Shown here one piece after another: positions 13,608 to 26,635 of a DNA stretch of 64,000 bases. How positions within the stretch are numbered: the first letter of the stretch is position 1; the number at the start of each line of letters is the position of its first letter. This DNA comes from Octopus vulgaris (taxonomy: Eukaryota): positions 8,618,001 through 8,682,000 of the forward strand of contig OX597832.1 in assembly GCA_951406725.2 (NCBI GenBank). Direction: 5' to 3'. The notes beneath the pieces are model-generated. The model was not told the DNA's origin and did no database searches. It saw only the letters and a list, made by a program, of their open reading frames with translations. The position numbers and the translations under genes are program-made.

Positions 13608-14036
13608 TGTATAGTGAAACTTATACCCCTTCTCGTAAAAAGCAGTAGGAACCAGCCATTATAAATACACCAGTAGCAGGTCGTCAAGAGAGGTTTGAGA
13701 GTCAGATTGAGAGACGACATTTCTAGTGGTGCTATCATTGATAGTAAGACAGAAGTTAGTGCATTACTATTCCGGTAGGAAGAGGTACAACGGTATCCAA
13801 TAACTAATAACTATTGTGGCGGTAGTGTGAAATAGCAACTACAGTACAAGGGCTGTCACACATCACACCAATAAGAGGAAGCCACTTAGCAAAGGTGGTA
13901 ATGGGGAAAAGCAGCTTTACGCAGAGTGAAAAAAAAAAACATTCACACGGAGATTTTAAACTAATTCACGTGGAAATTTAAATAACTCGACAAAAATAAA
14001 CAAAAATCTTGTGCAACATTACGAAAATCGTACATT

Positions 14037-14730
14037 ATGGAACACTTAGTTAGGATAGTTGAGTTGCAAAAGCAGCAACAACAACAAATCAAGGAACAAC
14101 GAGAACAACAGCAAATATTGCAGCAGCAAATATTGTAGAAGCAAATATTGCAGCAATATATTTTACAAATGATGAAGTTCATAACCAAACCGGAGAATAC
14201 TTTCTCGCCTGGCCCTGTAGCAAATTCCATAAGCAAATTGAAATATGACTCTTAAAAGGATTAACATTCGAGGCTTACTTTCGAAGATTTGAACATTTGT
14301 TTTGAAAAAGAATGTCAGGATTGGTCGGACGAAATGAAAACGCGTCTAGGTTTAAGATAAACTAGCGACAGCAGAGCATGATAAATATAGTAACTTCATA
14401 TTGCCAAAAAATGTGTCCGACATAAATTCCACCAACACAGTTGACATTTATGCAAAGTGTTTAGTGAAAAGGGCTCACTATTTAATATCAGATGGAAATG
14501 TTTATGTATATGGGGTTATAATGTGGAGAATAGTGCCATAAAGGAAAATAATTTCTGTAGATTAATTATATATCGAAGCAGGACACTGAGTGGATTAGGG
14601 ACATCATTTATCCTCTGTTATTTAAAGAAGGATGAAGATTTCACTACTTACACAGGCAGAGTCAACAAAGAATGTAAGAGATTTAGGCTGGATATGCTTA
14701 CTCCAGTTTCTCTCAAGTGTCTATGGTCTA
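14037..14730 (+). mobile_element. Ty3/Gypsy (K02A2.6/Cer-like) gag remnant
   Basis: Q-rich N-terminus, then LTFEAYFRRFE, W-DE-K-R, EHDKYSNFILPK, FSEKGSLFNIRWKCL and EDFTTYTGRVNKECKRF, with stops and frameshifts. Confidence 0.75.
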
Positions 14731-15283
14731 CCTCCCTGCCACTACACACTCAATAACACTATGAAATGGTCAAAACTGAAATTCTTTTCCCCCAAGATCT
14801 TAGACCCCCCTTGGAGTAAGCATGCTGTCCAGCAGAGCAAATAAAATTATTTTCTTCTTCTTCCCTCTCCATTCCCCTCTTTTTCTTTAACCCTCATTCC
14901 AAATACAAAAGCACACACACATGCACGCACGCACACACACACACCACACACACACACATGCTCTCTCTCTTACTTTCTCCTCATCCATCACCCTCTTGTA
15001 CTTATATTGTACTTATATTGTTTTATATTCCTCCGGACTACTACAAACTCAATACCACTATAAAATGATCAAAACGTTTCACACGGGAACTTAGCTTGAT
15101 TTGAAAACCCCACTAGAATGGGAGAAAGCGCTAATACATGATCTAAGTAATATGATGTATAAAAAATGTAATATGCAAATGTAAATATAAACCATCCGAT
15201 TTTCTGAGTACCTCATTTCTTCTCATATAAAATACCTGTACATCATCTCCAAACCTTCCAATATATATATACAAACATATATA

Positions 15284-15518
15284 CAGCAATACCTCGACTT
15301 TATCGGGTATTACGTTCCCAAAAACCCCGCGATAGGTGAAAATCCATGAAGTAGAAAGAGTAATGTGGTGCATATTTTAAAAATTATTTTTATAATTTCT
15401 ATATATTTATTTCATTATAAATGCAAAACAACACCACGAGGAATGCACGTAAGCTTAAATAATAAGCCGCGATATCTGAATCGTGATAGGTGAACCAATA
15501 TATGGCAAAATATTAGTG
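15284..15518. mobile_element. Tigger/pogo-like MITE
   Basis: TA|CAGCAATACCTCG ... TATTAGTG|TA, with internal CGCGATAGGTGAA-like subterminal repeats typical of pogo-family MITEs. Confidence 0.6.
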
Positions 15519-15655
15519 TATACACACAAACACGCACAAACACTTCTCTCTCTCTATATATATATACATATACAATTATATCTCTCCCTCTCTCACTCTC
15601 TCTCTCTCCCATGTATGTGTGTATACATATATACACACACATATATATGTACATA

Positions 15656-15739
<84 letters not shown>

Positions 15740-16766
15740 CAATATAGGGTAGCAAAAACTTCAATAGAAATTTATCGCCACCAGCGGTCTAGTGAGAAAG
15801 AGAAAATAGTCATTCCTCAATTGTTGTTGAATATATATATATATATATATACATATTCATACGTATGCGTGTATGTCTGTATCTTTGTACATTAATATTA
15901 TTTAGAAAAAGTCATATGCTAAAAAAATATTGATTTTGAAATGATATAGAATATATGTATTTCGTTACTTAAATCATTTTTTCAATATGTAGTTTGATTT
16001 TATTCTCAGCATTCAATTTTTCTATAGTTACACTGTCATTGTTTGTTTTTTTTCTTCTCTCATCTTTATTCCTAATCGCATTCACACAATTATATTGCCG
16101 TTATAATTGCGAGGTATATTTTGCAATAATTACTATGACTGCTTTTTTTGTCTGCAAGGCAAATTTGAATTCAGTTTTTAATGTTAACTTCAATGTCTCT
16201 GACACTCCTGCAAAATTTTCTTTAACGCAAATGATGCATATTTGTTTTCGTAATTTTCCGACTGTCTTCGTATATCCATGGTTCTTAGACCATATAATAT
16301 TTAAAAACAAACTTTTTTTATACGACATACTTTAGAATTTAGCAAACGAGGTACCCTTTGTCCACACACCTGTATTAATATCTGATTCCTAATAATACAA
16401 CAGTATCCATAGGTATTATGTAATGTATCATGTATTTGTTTTCATAAGTATCTCACTTCAGAATAATTGCTCTCTATTTCGATACATCAGTGTTCTAATA
16501 TGACGTTTTACAACTTTTATTGAGCGCTTTGCTTATTATATTTATAAAACCTTTGAGTTATTATCCTTACATTTATTATAATACTCCATTGCTGAAAGTG
16601 AAGGTTAATGTATAAACTATTGTGTGCCTGACCGGAAGTGTGAGGTCGCGCGTGGCCACTGTGTTGCACATGTATGTGTCCGGAACCTGGCTCTGCATAA
16701 TAAAACTTAATCTTAGGAAAATTTCATATAATACGAGTTTCTACAGTATACGTTTATAGACATACA

Positions 16767-16835
<69 letters not shown>

Positions 16836-16855
16836 ATATGTATATATAATATGTC

Positions 16856-17410
16856 AGGTCACGTTCGAGTGCTACTGGTAACATGTAACCCAGTACAACC
16901 TGTTGCATGTTCGGGTCGTCGGCGACTAAACCGGCAACCCCACCGAGCTTGCTTGGTGAGGATGGTGTTTATTGGACACCCTGCGGGATGAAAAACAAAA
17001 CCCGTCAAAGGGTGGAGGAACTCTTGAGAGTCAATGGCCATCCAATAAATGCCTTAAGGCTGTATCATGTGCGGGGGCATAGAAATAATCGGACAGAATA
17101 CCCGATCGCGCGGTTAAACCATTCGGAGTGAAGGACTCCTAGCCTTTGTTAGGGCATCCTTCTAGCAGAAGGTAACTCAGGTAGTTGGGATAACTCCGAC
17201 ATAAAACCTGCGGCTCAGGGTTTACCGATGATGTTGACTTGTTCTTCTTTCCGGATTATGGCTGCTGTTGCTTAGTGAGCGAGATTGACTCAGTGCAGAG
17301 TCTTTTCTCACTTTAAAAAATCTTCTTGCGCAGGCATTGAGGCATTGCACGATAACAACGTTGATTAAGCTTCATGCAATGGCCATACTCGATATTGAGG
17401 GAGCAGTCGC
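16856..17410 (+). mobile_element. GC-richer interspersed repeat, possibly an RTE-LINE 5' region or a SINE
   Basis: Sharp compositional block after a (TA)n tract with no coding signal. The family assignment comes from resemblance only. Confidence 0.3.
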
Positions 17411-17555
17411 CATGTAAATATAAATTAAAATACTGAGGGTAGAAATTGATATCAATAAATTAACACCAAATTAAACCAGTGACCTAGCATATTCAAAAAA
17501 AAAAAAAAAAATCCGAAGATTTAAAATTATATTACAATCAGTGAGAGGAATAGCT

Positions 17556-17732
17556 ACTAAAGTGGATTCCTATACGCTAGAAATAGACGTCAAATCGCCT
17601 TACCACAAAAGAGTGTGTTCTCAAGAAAAACCCATCATTTTGGCGTTTGCTGTTCTTTTTTTCTTGAGAACACACTCTTTTGTGGTAAGGCGATTTGACG
17701 TCTATTTCTAGCGTATAGGAATCCACTTTAGT
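17556..17732. repeat. Perfect 75-bp inverted repeat with 27-nt loop (17556-17630 / 17658-17732)
   Basis: ACTAAAGTGGATTCC...CTCAAGAAAAA and its exact reverse complement. An imperfect extension runs ~25 bp further out. Confidence 0.95.
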
Positions 17733-19264
17733 GGTCATACCTCTTATTAATTGTTATATATATATATATATATCAGTTCTCAGTCTATGCCTTTTGGTAT
17801 GCAATTTTGAACAGCATTTTACTGCTTTCTAATTAGATATACTGAGTCAGCTTTATGCCGTTTGATGCAGCCAATTCTATCATTCTCCATCTTTCTCTAG
17901 TAATATGCGTGCCCGAATACTTGTAAAAATGTTTAATTAAATGTGAATGCAAAAAAAAAAAAAACATGTCAGAAGTGAGAAGACTAATCTTATGAGTGTT
18001 TTCCTGAAAACGAATATCGACTAGGAAAAATGGTATTAGAGTGGAGACCAGTCGCCTTGTAGGACAGAGATAATATTTCCCCCTTAATTATATAATGTCA
18101 TAAAAGGTTAGTTGACTAACTATAATCGACAGAACTGACAAATATCTCTGTAGAGTGCCAACAATTACATCTGTAAAACACGCTATTAGTCTATCGTAAT
18201 TACCGAAGTGCCCATATTAAATGGCATATCACTGCATATGAGCTGAACATTTTTCGACGATTTCAATAACGTGAGAAGATTGCAGCTTTTTAAAAGTCTT
18301 TCCGAATGTTAACCAATATATGTTAGAAACATATCCGGAATCATTCAATTAAAATGAATCGAAATTCTCGGGTTTCCTTTTGGTTTATGTTGCATCGCAC
18401 ACTCTCCTTTGGTGGGAAGGCTACAAAATTATTTCTTAACGCTATTGCATTTAACAGAGAATCGATGCCATGATATCATAGTATCGTTAGTAACCACTAT
18501 TGAATGTATTAGAGCTTTATACTATCCATATTTTATTCCATAGCTTTTTAATTATTGGCAAGCTGAAGTTGTTTTCAATAAAGAGAGGTTTCTTTGTAGG
18601 TTCTCTCGAAATGCGTAAAAGAATATTCCCATATTCATCAAATCACACCATAACAATCTAAGTTTCAAGAATATGGGCCTAGACACACTTTATCTTTTGC
18701 ATTGAATGGAGGATCTCGACTGAAAATTTTTTGACTGATGTTGTGTTTTTCATTTTACGTCCACAGAATTTTATAATAACAAAAAGCAAAAGGGAGTTAC
18801 TGGATCCACTTCGTCAACCTCTAAAATATACTGTTAATTACTCATATCTCCTACTGTGTGCATTCCTTATATTATAGCTGTTTGGATACAAAGCCATAAG
18901 TTCACAGTCAAATAAATATATTTATATATTTGGAATGCACATGTACAATATACGAAATACGAACACATGCGCTTTCACATATGTGAAGAGGCACACAGAT
19001 GTGTATATAGAAATGAGCAAACAAGTATGAACATACACATGTATTTTCGTGAGTATGCGACATCGATCATCTGGTACAACCTTATAGAAAAAAAAACTCC
19101 TCTAAACTGAGAATGTACACATACGTATTCACAGACTTCCACACACACCATTGATATATGTGTGAGCATGTGAGAAAGAGCATACGCGCGCGTGTGTTTA
19201 TATACATATCTATCTATCTGTCAGTCTGTCACCCATCTCTATTTCATATATGTTTCTATGTATG

Positions 19265-19405
<141 letters not shown>

Positions 19406-19424
19406 GTGATCACGTGACCGACCA

Positions 19425-19468
<44 letters not shown>

Positions 19469-20422
19469 ATTATACGTATAGGCATACATGTGCATGTGTA
19501 TATGTATTATGTTCAGGTATTTGACTCTTTGATTTCAATTCTAACCATAATTTAAAGTAGTGCATGGGTTAAAAAGTATTAGACCGCTGTTATATTGAAA
19601 CAGGTTTTCAACGATTTTCTTTTTTTCTTTATAGGTTTCTAATTTGATCTCGTTTCGTTGTTTTTCAGCAGTGATTGGTGTTTAATGATACATTACATCA
19701 GTGGGTTTTTACACCATTCGACAAACTGGGATCCAACTTCAGTTGGTATTATTGGATATCTTAAGACATGTTGACTGGATAGATTGCAACAGCACAATTT
19801 GAAACGGAGCTTAACCTGCACTCTGTAGCCAACCGATTTATCCAGAAACATTGTTTTGTGAACGTTAAACGCCATGACCTGATTTTGACACATCTGTTTA
19901 AAGCTGTAATGCAACGCTAATGCAATGACAGACTGAAAGAGAAATAATAAAGAAATAACTCCATTAAACCAAAAGAATTCTTCTTACCGTAACCTTGTAT
20001 CTTCGCACAAGCTACAAACATATTTACCCCTCAACATCACACACACACACACATACGCACACATAAAAACTCTCTGCGTACCTGCTTACCTGGTCGACCT
20101 ACACCAAATCGAATTATCATTCACGAAGATTCACATACCCACTAACATATGAAAAAATTGTCAGCAGCTTTATAAGAACTAAAATAATTCCAGGATTTGT
20201 ATTCTTTTGATCTCTTCGACCTTAATAGAAAATTCTGGTTACGTGTATGTTAGGAATGTTCTCGTCTAACCTAAAATTCTCCTAAATCACTGTTTTCTTT
20301 AGAAAAACATAGATAAAGTAACAATTGTCGCACCTGGTTTCGTATTTTGATCAATCTGTTACTAAATTTAGAACTAATCACACGTTTTAATATTCAGTTG
20401 CATGCTGAGTCTCCAAAACAAA

Positions 20423-20455
<33 letters not shown>

Positions 20456-20620
20456 GGTGCAGGAGTGGCTGTGTGGTAAGTAGCTTGCTAATCAACCATA
20501 TGGCTCCGGGTTCAGTCCCACTGCGTGACATCTTGGGCAAGTGTCTCCTGCTATAGCCCCGGGCCGCCCAATACCTTGTGAGTGGATTTGGTAGACGGAA
20601 ACTGAAAGAAGCCTGTCGTA
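20456..20620 (+). mobile_element. tRNA-derived octopus SINE (5' part)
   Basis: A-box-like TGGCTGTGTGG and B-box-like GGTTCAGTCCC, with the core GTGAGTGGATTTGGTAGACGGAAACTGAAAGAA shared with the copies at 30474 and 61362. Confidence 0.85.
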
Positions 20621-20675
<55 letters not shown>

Positions 20676-22301
20676 TCGTATATATATATATGTATATGTA
20701 TATACATACATATATGTACAAAATATAAATGTCATTGGTTTAATAATTTGTCGCATAGACACCTCCCGAAATACTCTATGTGTTAAAAGCATGAAAACGA
20801 TGCTAGTTCGCTAAACCCGAGTTTTCAGCATGATTGCCTTTCCTGAGTGACGAAAGCTCGAAATTTCCGAACGAAACTGAAAAATAATTGTTCGGATATT
20901 AGATGTCGGCAAGTTATTTACTGATCTTGTTTTTTTTTTTTTTTACTTGTATCGTAAATCACTTTTGGCGAACTGACTGCGGTAGCAGTACAAGTATTTC
21001 CGTTCCACTTTTGTGTACATATTACCAATGTTATGTGCACCGGTACTTTAATTAAAGTTGCTTCAAGTGCATATGTATTTGTGTACATGTGTGTACTAAG
21101 TGTGTGCCGTGTGATTGAGTGCCTCCGTGAGTGCATGTGCGTGTGTGCACGTGTGTACGTGTGTGTTAATGCACTAAATAACTTGAAGAGTTAGCGGTAC
21201 GTTTTTAATGAGCTATTAAACAGGGCTTCAAAAATTTCTTTTTTCTCTGAAGATAACCTCTTTGAATGCGTTTTGGTATAAGCGGTAGATGATGTGCGTA
21301 AACAAAAAGGTGAAATCGAGGAACATCCAGTTCTTTTAACGGCACGTCATCTATAAAAATCTATAAATATGTGAAAACTACTTTCACTGTTCAACGTGTG
21401 ATATTCACCATTTGCTACCAAATAATTTCATTTCCCTGCATACTAGCAAAGATACTGCACGAGTTATTGTAAAAAATAATCGAACGTGTTTTCTTCATAG
21501 GCCAGTCTCGATGTTTTATATATAAACTCTGCTACGATATGTGTTTTCCTTCGACAATTACAGAAAGCTCTGTTGAATGGAACATCCAAATTTGTACACG
21601 TTTCTTTGAATTTATTGATGTTTGCGAGGGTATGGGAAGAGAGAACTTATGGAAACTGCTTAAAGCATGTATGCTATACAAATTTATATTGATATTATAG
21701 GAATTTTAAGATATGTCCGTCCAGATTTTTCTTGAAAGAAACAGCTAGGCTCATAAGGTAAAATATAAATTTGTACTCTAATCGTTTTTGCAATATTAGT
21801 GAATTGCGAGTGGGTATGGTAGGTATGTCCATACATGATCAGATGATGACTTGCTTAATAAATGCTCGATAAGATTCGTTAGGTAGCGTAGCGTAATCCC
21901 ATCGACGCAGTAACTGCAAAATGTCTACAAAACTCCTCACAATTTTTGAAGATTTATTTGCGGAAGGGCAACTAGTTTCTTCCTATAAATATTGATACAG
22001 AAAGAAATTGCACTGATGTAATGTCTCATATATTTTATGAAACGTATACTAACATGCATGGTATTTGCTGAATAAATTCACACATAATTCGGTTATATTA
22101 TATGTCACATTTAAACTAAAAGTGTGAAAGTGGAGTTATAGCATACTACTTGGTGTATTTCCTGTTATCTTTCATGCTCAAGTATAAGTATGTATATTAT
22201 TGTGTTGGCCTGAGTGTATTCGTGTTCGAGTGTATTTCTCTATGTCTTTCAAGTAAGTGTGTGTCCTTGAAAATACATACAAATATATGTGTATATATAT
22301 A

Positions 22302-22382
<81 letters not shown>

Positions 22383-22383
<1 letters not shown>

Positions 22384-22636
22384 TAAGCAACAAGAAAGAC
22401 TCCGTTAATTTGGTACGATCGTTTCGTACTACAACATTTTATTAAATATTGTAAGTATTACAACAGTTTTAAAATGCTGACCACTCATCAGCCAATTATA
22501 GAGGTATTAATAAAAAACCTCTATAATTGGCTGATGAGTGCTCAGCATTTTAAAACTGTTGTAATACTTACATTTAATAAAATGATGTAGTATGAAACGA
22601 TCGTACCAAATTACTGGAGTCATTCTTGTTGCTTAT
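22383..22636. ncRNA. Inverted repeat (~120-bp arms) with a hammerhead ribozyme motif in each arm, divergently oriented
   Basis: Plus arm: TTGG-CTGATGA(22531-37)-long stem II-GAAA(22594-97)-CGATC-GTA(22603-05)-CCAA. The minus arm carries the mirror copy (TCATCAG at 22485-91). Confidence 0.85.
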
Positions 22637-23298
22637 TTTGACTATAATCACCCCTCAGATTTTTATGGATACCACCATACAGAATTCTGGTGCATCTAAA
22701 TTAAGTACCACATTCATTTGAATATAAATTTTTGCTGAACTTCGCTGGTTATGATGACAAGGATTCCAGCTGATCTGATCGGGTCAAGGGAAAATCCTGC
22801 TCGTGAAATTAAAGTGCAATCGTTAAGAATTGTGACACTTCCTTACATGTTAAAATTGATTCATAATCCAGTCATAATTGCTTCTTCAAATACGATGGAT
22901 TTATGAGCGCACACAGGTACACACGCGCGCTTGTATATCTATTTACATCCGTGCTTATGATTTAATTCCCAGAGCTTAACGAAACGCAAGTATGAGGTTC
23001 AGAAGTATTAAGAATTTCTTGGATCATTTCTTTTCGTATTTCTTCTTTATTATCTACTACCCTACGTATAACTGTTTGCATACTTCGGATTTACGTAGGA
23101 AAGATCTACTTCAATGACGTTGGATTTCTAATAACGTTATAAAACCTGATTGCAGATCCTTGCCTGGAGCGCTCACAATGGTACCGTCTCATGCATTGAA
23201 TTTTATATACATACATACATACATACACACACACATATATATATATACACATGTACATATATTCACTCATATCCATGTATATGAAATATATATATATA

Positions 23299-23685
23299 CT
23301 AGCAGTATCGCCCGGCGTTGCTCGGGTTTGTAAGGGAAATAACTATATAAGCATTTTTAGAGAGTTATATCAAAAAAATGCATTCAAAATGGAATAAAAA
23401 ATGATGGTAATATTTTTTTTTAATCGTTGACTCATCGTAGACATTTTTAGAGAGTTACTTCCCTTATATGATAGCGAAAAAATGCATTAAAATGGAAAAA
23501 ATAATGGTAAAGTTTTTTAAAAATCGTAGACTCATCGTAGACGCGCGCTAATACCCAGAAGGGCTCGATATGAATCACGACTATAAGATACCCAGTTTTG
23601 GTTAAACTGCACCGCAAAATGTGGGAGTAGTTAGGAATCTAAATCGTAGGAGACAGACACACAACTTCACTTTTATATATAAAGA
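23299..23685 (-). mobile_element. Non-autonomous Helitron, complete short copy
   Basis: Minus strand reads A|TCTTTATATATAAAAG ... CCCGAGCAACGCCGGG hairpin, CGATACTG-CTAG|T. It has a 5'-TC and a 3'-CTAG, an A|T target and no TSD. Confidence 0.85.
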
Positions 23686-23686
23686 T

Positions 23687-24653
23687 TTGTGCCGTTTTTG
23701 TGGATCTGTTTCAGCTTTTTTAGCGATCTCTGTTTTGGGGACTTCAAGTCATGAAGTCGTTGTTCTAAAAGAACGCTGGTCTCCTTGACAACGCTTTACG
23801 ACGTTGATTTCCTTACGCTCCCTTCCTCACAGCTTCACGAGGAAGGGAAGAAGGGGGAGAAGCAACACAGGTGCAGGTGTGAGCATGGACGCCAACTCCG
23901 CCGCGATCAACACACGAAAAAATATGCATTAAAATGGAAAACAATTATGGTAAATTATTTTTAAAATCGTAGATACATCGTAGACGCGTGCTAATACCCA
24001 GACGGGCTCGATATGAATCACGACTATAAGAAACCCGAATTTGGTTAAACTGCACCGCAAAATGTGGGAGTAGTTAGGAATCTTAATCGTAGGAGACAGA
24101 CATTCACACAACTTCACTTTTATATCTATACTAGCAGTATCGCCCGGCGTTGCTCGGGTTTGTAAGGGAAATAACTATATAAGCATTTTTAGAGAGTTAC
24201 TTCCCTTATAGATGCCAATTCGGGCTTTCTTAGCCATTTCTGTTTTGGTGCCTTCAAGCCATGAAGTCGTTGTTCTAAAAGAACGTTGGTCTCCTTGACA
24301 ACGCTTTACGGCGTTGATTTCCTTACACTCCCTTCCCCACAGCTTCACGAGGGAGGGAAGAAGGGGAGAAGCAAACAGGTGCAGGTGTGACCATGGACGC
24401 CAACTCCGCCGCCATCGACACACGAAAAATTATGCATTAAAATGGAATAAAAAATTATGTTAAATTATTTTTAAAATCGTAGACTCATCGTAGACGCGCG
24501 CTAATACTCAGACGAGTTCGATATAAATCACGACTATAAGATACCCGAATTCGTTTAAACTGCACCGCAAAATGTGGGAGTAGTTAGGAATCTAAATCCA
24601 GCCCGTCTGAGTATTAGCGCGCGTCTACGATGAACGCCGGACGATACTGCTAG
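23687..24653 (-). mobile_element. Tandem and rearranged Helitron units of the same family
   Basis: Unit 23687-24130 ends in the family 5' sequence and abuts CTAG 24131-34 of the next unit. That unit (24131-24598) is followed by an inverted piece ending in a plus-strand CTAG (24650-53). Confidence 0.8.
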
Positions 24654-24677
24654 TATATAGATATTAATATATGTGCC

Positions 24678-24727
<50 letters not shown>

Positions 24728-24785
24728 TGAGTGTGTGTGTATATATATATAAATATATATATATGTATTTGTATATATATTTTTA

Positions 24786-25290
24786 TGTGGTGTGAAAGAA
24801 AGAAAGTTGTAAATATAGTCGAGCTAATGGTTCCTCATGAAGATAATATGGACGCCGCTCGGGCTCGAAAATTGAACTGTTATGTAAACCTCCTCGAGGA
24901 ATGTGAAGACGCAGGCTGGAAAGCAGAACATTTTCCTATCGAAGTCGGATGTAGAGGGTTTGTTGGACACAGCTCGAAACGACTGTTGTTATCGCTAGGC
25001 CTAACTCATCGTAAAGTCAATACCACCATGAATGATATCCAATCTACAGTGGAGAAGGCTAGCCACTGGATTTGGTTAAAAAGAGACGACGAGCGATGGC
25101 TAGAAGGATATTGAGTTTAACTTCATAACCAGCTGATCTAGAAAGCGGGGCCTCCTATCAGTGAGGGGGGCCGGTGCGCATTGATGCCGTCGAGAGGTAG
25201 GCCCCGAAACGGCGCTCATTCTCTCCTGATGACCCCATACACTTGCTGGCTTCCGGTATACGGAGCTTTTGACCGGTAGCACTTGCATGT
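24786..25290 (+). mobile_element. 5'-truncated RLE-type non-LTR retrotransposon (HERO-like): endonuclease C-terminus plus 3' UTR
   Basis: ELMVPHEDNMDAARARK..Y, PIEVGCRGF and EKASHWIWLKR, stop at 25114, followed by a GC-rich structured 3' UTR. Confidence 0.8.
25129..25249 (+). ncRNA. Candidate rearranged (non-circularly permuted) hammerhead ribozyme
   Basis: GTC at 25189-91, GAAA at 25206-09 and CTGATGA at 25226-32. Stems TGCCGT/ACGGCG, GAGAGG/TCTCTC and GGGGCCT/AGGCCCC, with a closing CCAGC/GCTGG pair. Confidence 0.6.
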
Positions 25291-25335
25291 GCAAGTTGTT
25301 TGCAAGGCATCTATTTATAGATGTATTTGTACATA

Positions 25336-25402
<67 letters not shown>

Positions 25403-26386
25403 TAGACACAGACACAGACACCCACTTCCTTACGCATTCATATATACGCACACGTATTGAACTGGAGCAGAGGCAAGGTGGCAAAACCGGTAGATGTTGA
25501 CCGATTGTATAGCCTCAGAGTTGAAACTTGCCATATTCATCTCTTTGTTTCACAATTTGTAATGTCAGTCTTTAGTTCTTTTGAGATAAGGTTTTATTAG
25601 ATACTTTTCCTATCGATAAAAGTCCAGAGGAAAATTATGCTATTTTTTCAGGGTTAGATAATAAAACCAATATTTTCATCGATTTCAGCCCCAGGTTGAA
25701 AGTTTGTTGGTTGTCTAAAGATCATTTGTTTTATTCATATTGATTCAGTTACTGTAGCAGAAACCAATCATCCTGCTAAGAAAAACAAATGTAGAGTGAA
25801 AAAAAAAAAACTCCCAGCAAATTTGTGAGAAAAAATATTTAAATACGTTTATGGACACCTAAGTGAGTGTATAGTTGTATATATGGGTGTGTGAGCCTAC
25901 ATATAGATCTATGTATGTATGTATGTATGTATGTATGTATGTATGTATGTATGTATGTATGTACTTATATATGTATATATATATATATATATGCATATAC
26001 ATATGTATATATATATATATGTATATGTATGTATCGGAATGTGTGTGTTTGTGTTTATAGTCAACATTTTCTCAACCCTAAATTCTTGAAGCTGATTGAA
26101 AAGAAATTGTATTTTTACAATTTCTAGCCTTTGGCATTGAGTTAGCTCTAGAAGTTTGTTCCTGTATGAATTTTACGATGAAGTGATATTGTTTGTGTTT
26201 TTATCGGTTTTTTGATTGCTATTGTGCTCTACTTCTTTATTTCATATAACCTTGCTTACTTTATAAAATTCTTTCTCTTTTTTTTTTTTTATCAGTCGGC
26301 TTCAATCGCTTTTTCCGTTGCTGGTTCTCCGTATGAATTGATTGCGTGCAGTTATTTAAATTTTCTATTTTATTTTTACAATATAT

Positions 26387-26452
<66 letters not shown>

Positions 26453-26529
26453 ATGTATACATACATATGTATGTATGTATATATATATATATGTATGTGT
26501 GTGTATGTATACATACATATGTATGTATG

Positions 26530-26560
<31 letters not shown>

Positions 26561-26579
26561 ATGTATACATACATATGTA

Positions 26580-26635
<56 letters not shown>

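Noticed and set aside
13607-13830. Possible LTR and primer-binding site upstream of the Gypsy gag remnant
   Set aside because: No second LTR, no clear TG...CA boundary and no convincing tRNA-complementary PBS.
15994-16335. Hydrophobic 113-aa ORF
   Set aside because: T-rich composition explains the hydrophobicity; non-ATG start and no family motif.
20790-20880. Hammerhead-like scraps (also near 1225-1275 and 43727-43760)
   Set aside because: The cores carry several substitutions and the stems cannot be paired confidently.
23299-24653. Repeated blocks as a possible CRISPR-like array
   Set aside because: Units are hundreds of bp with no unique spacers or cas genes, and Helitron termini explain them.
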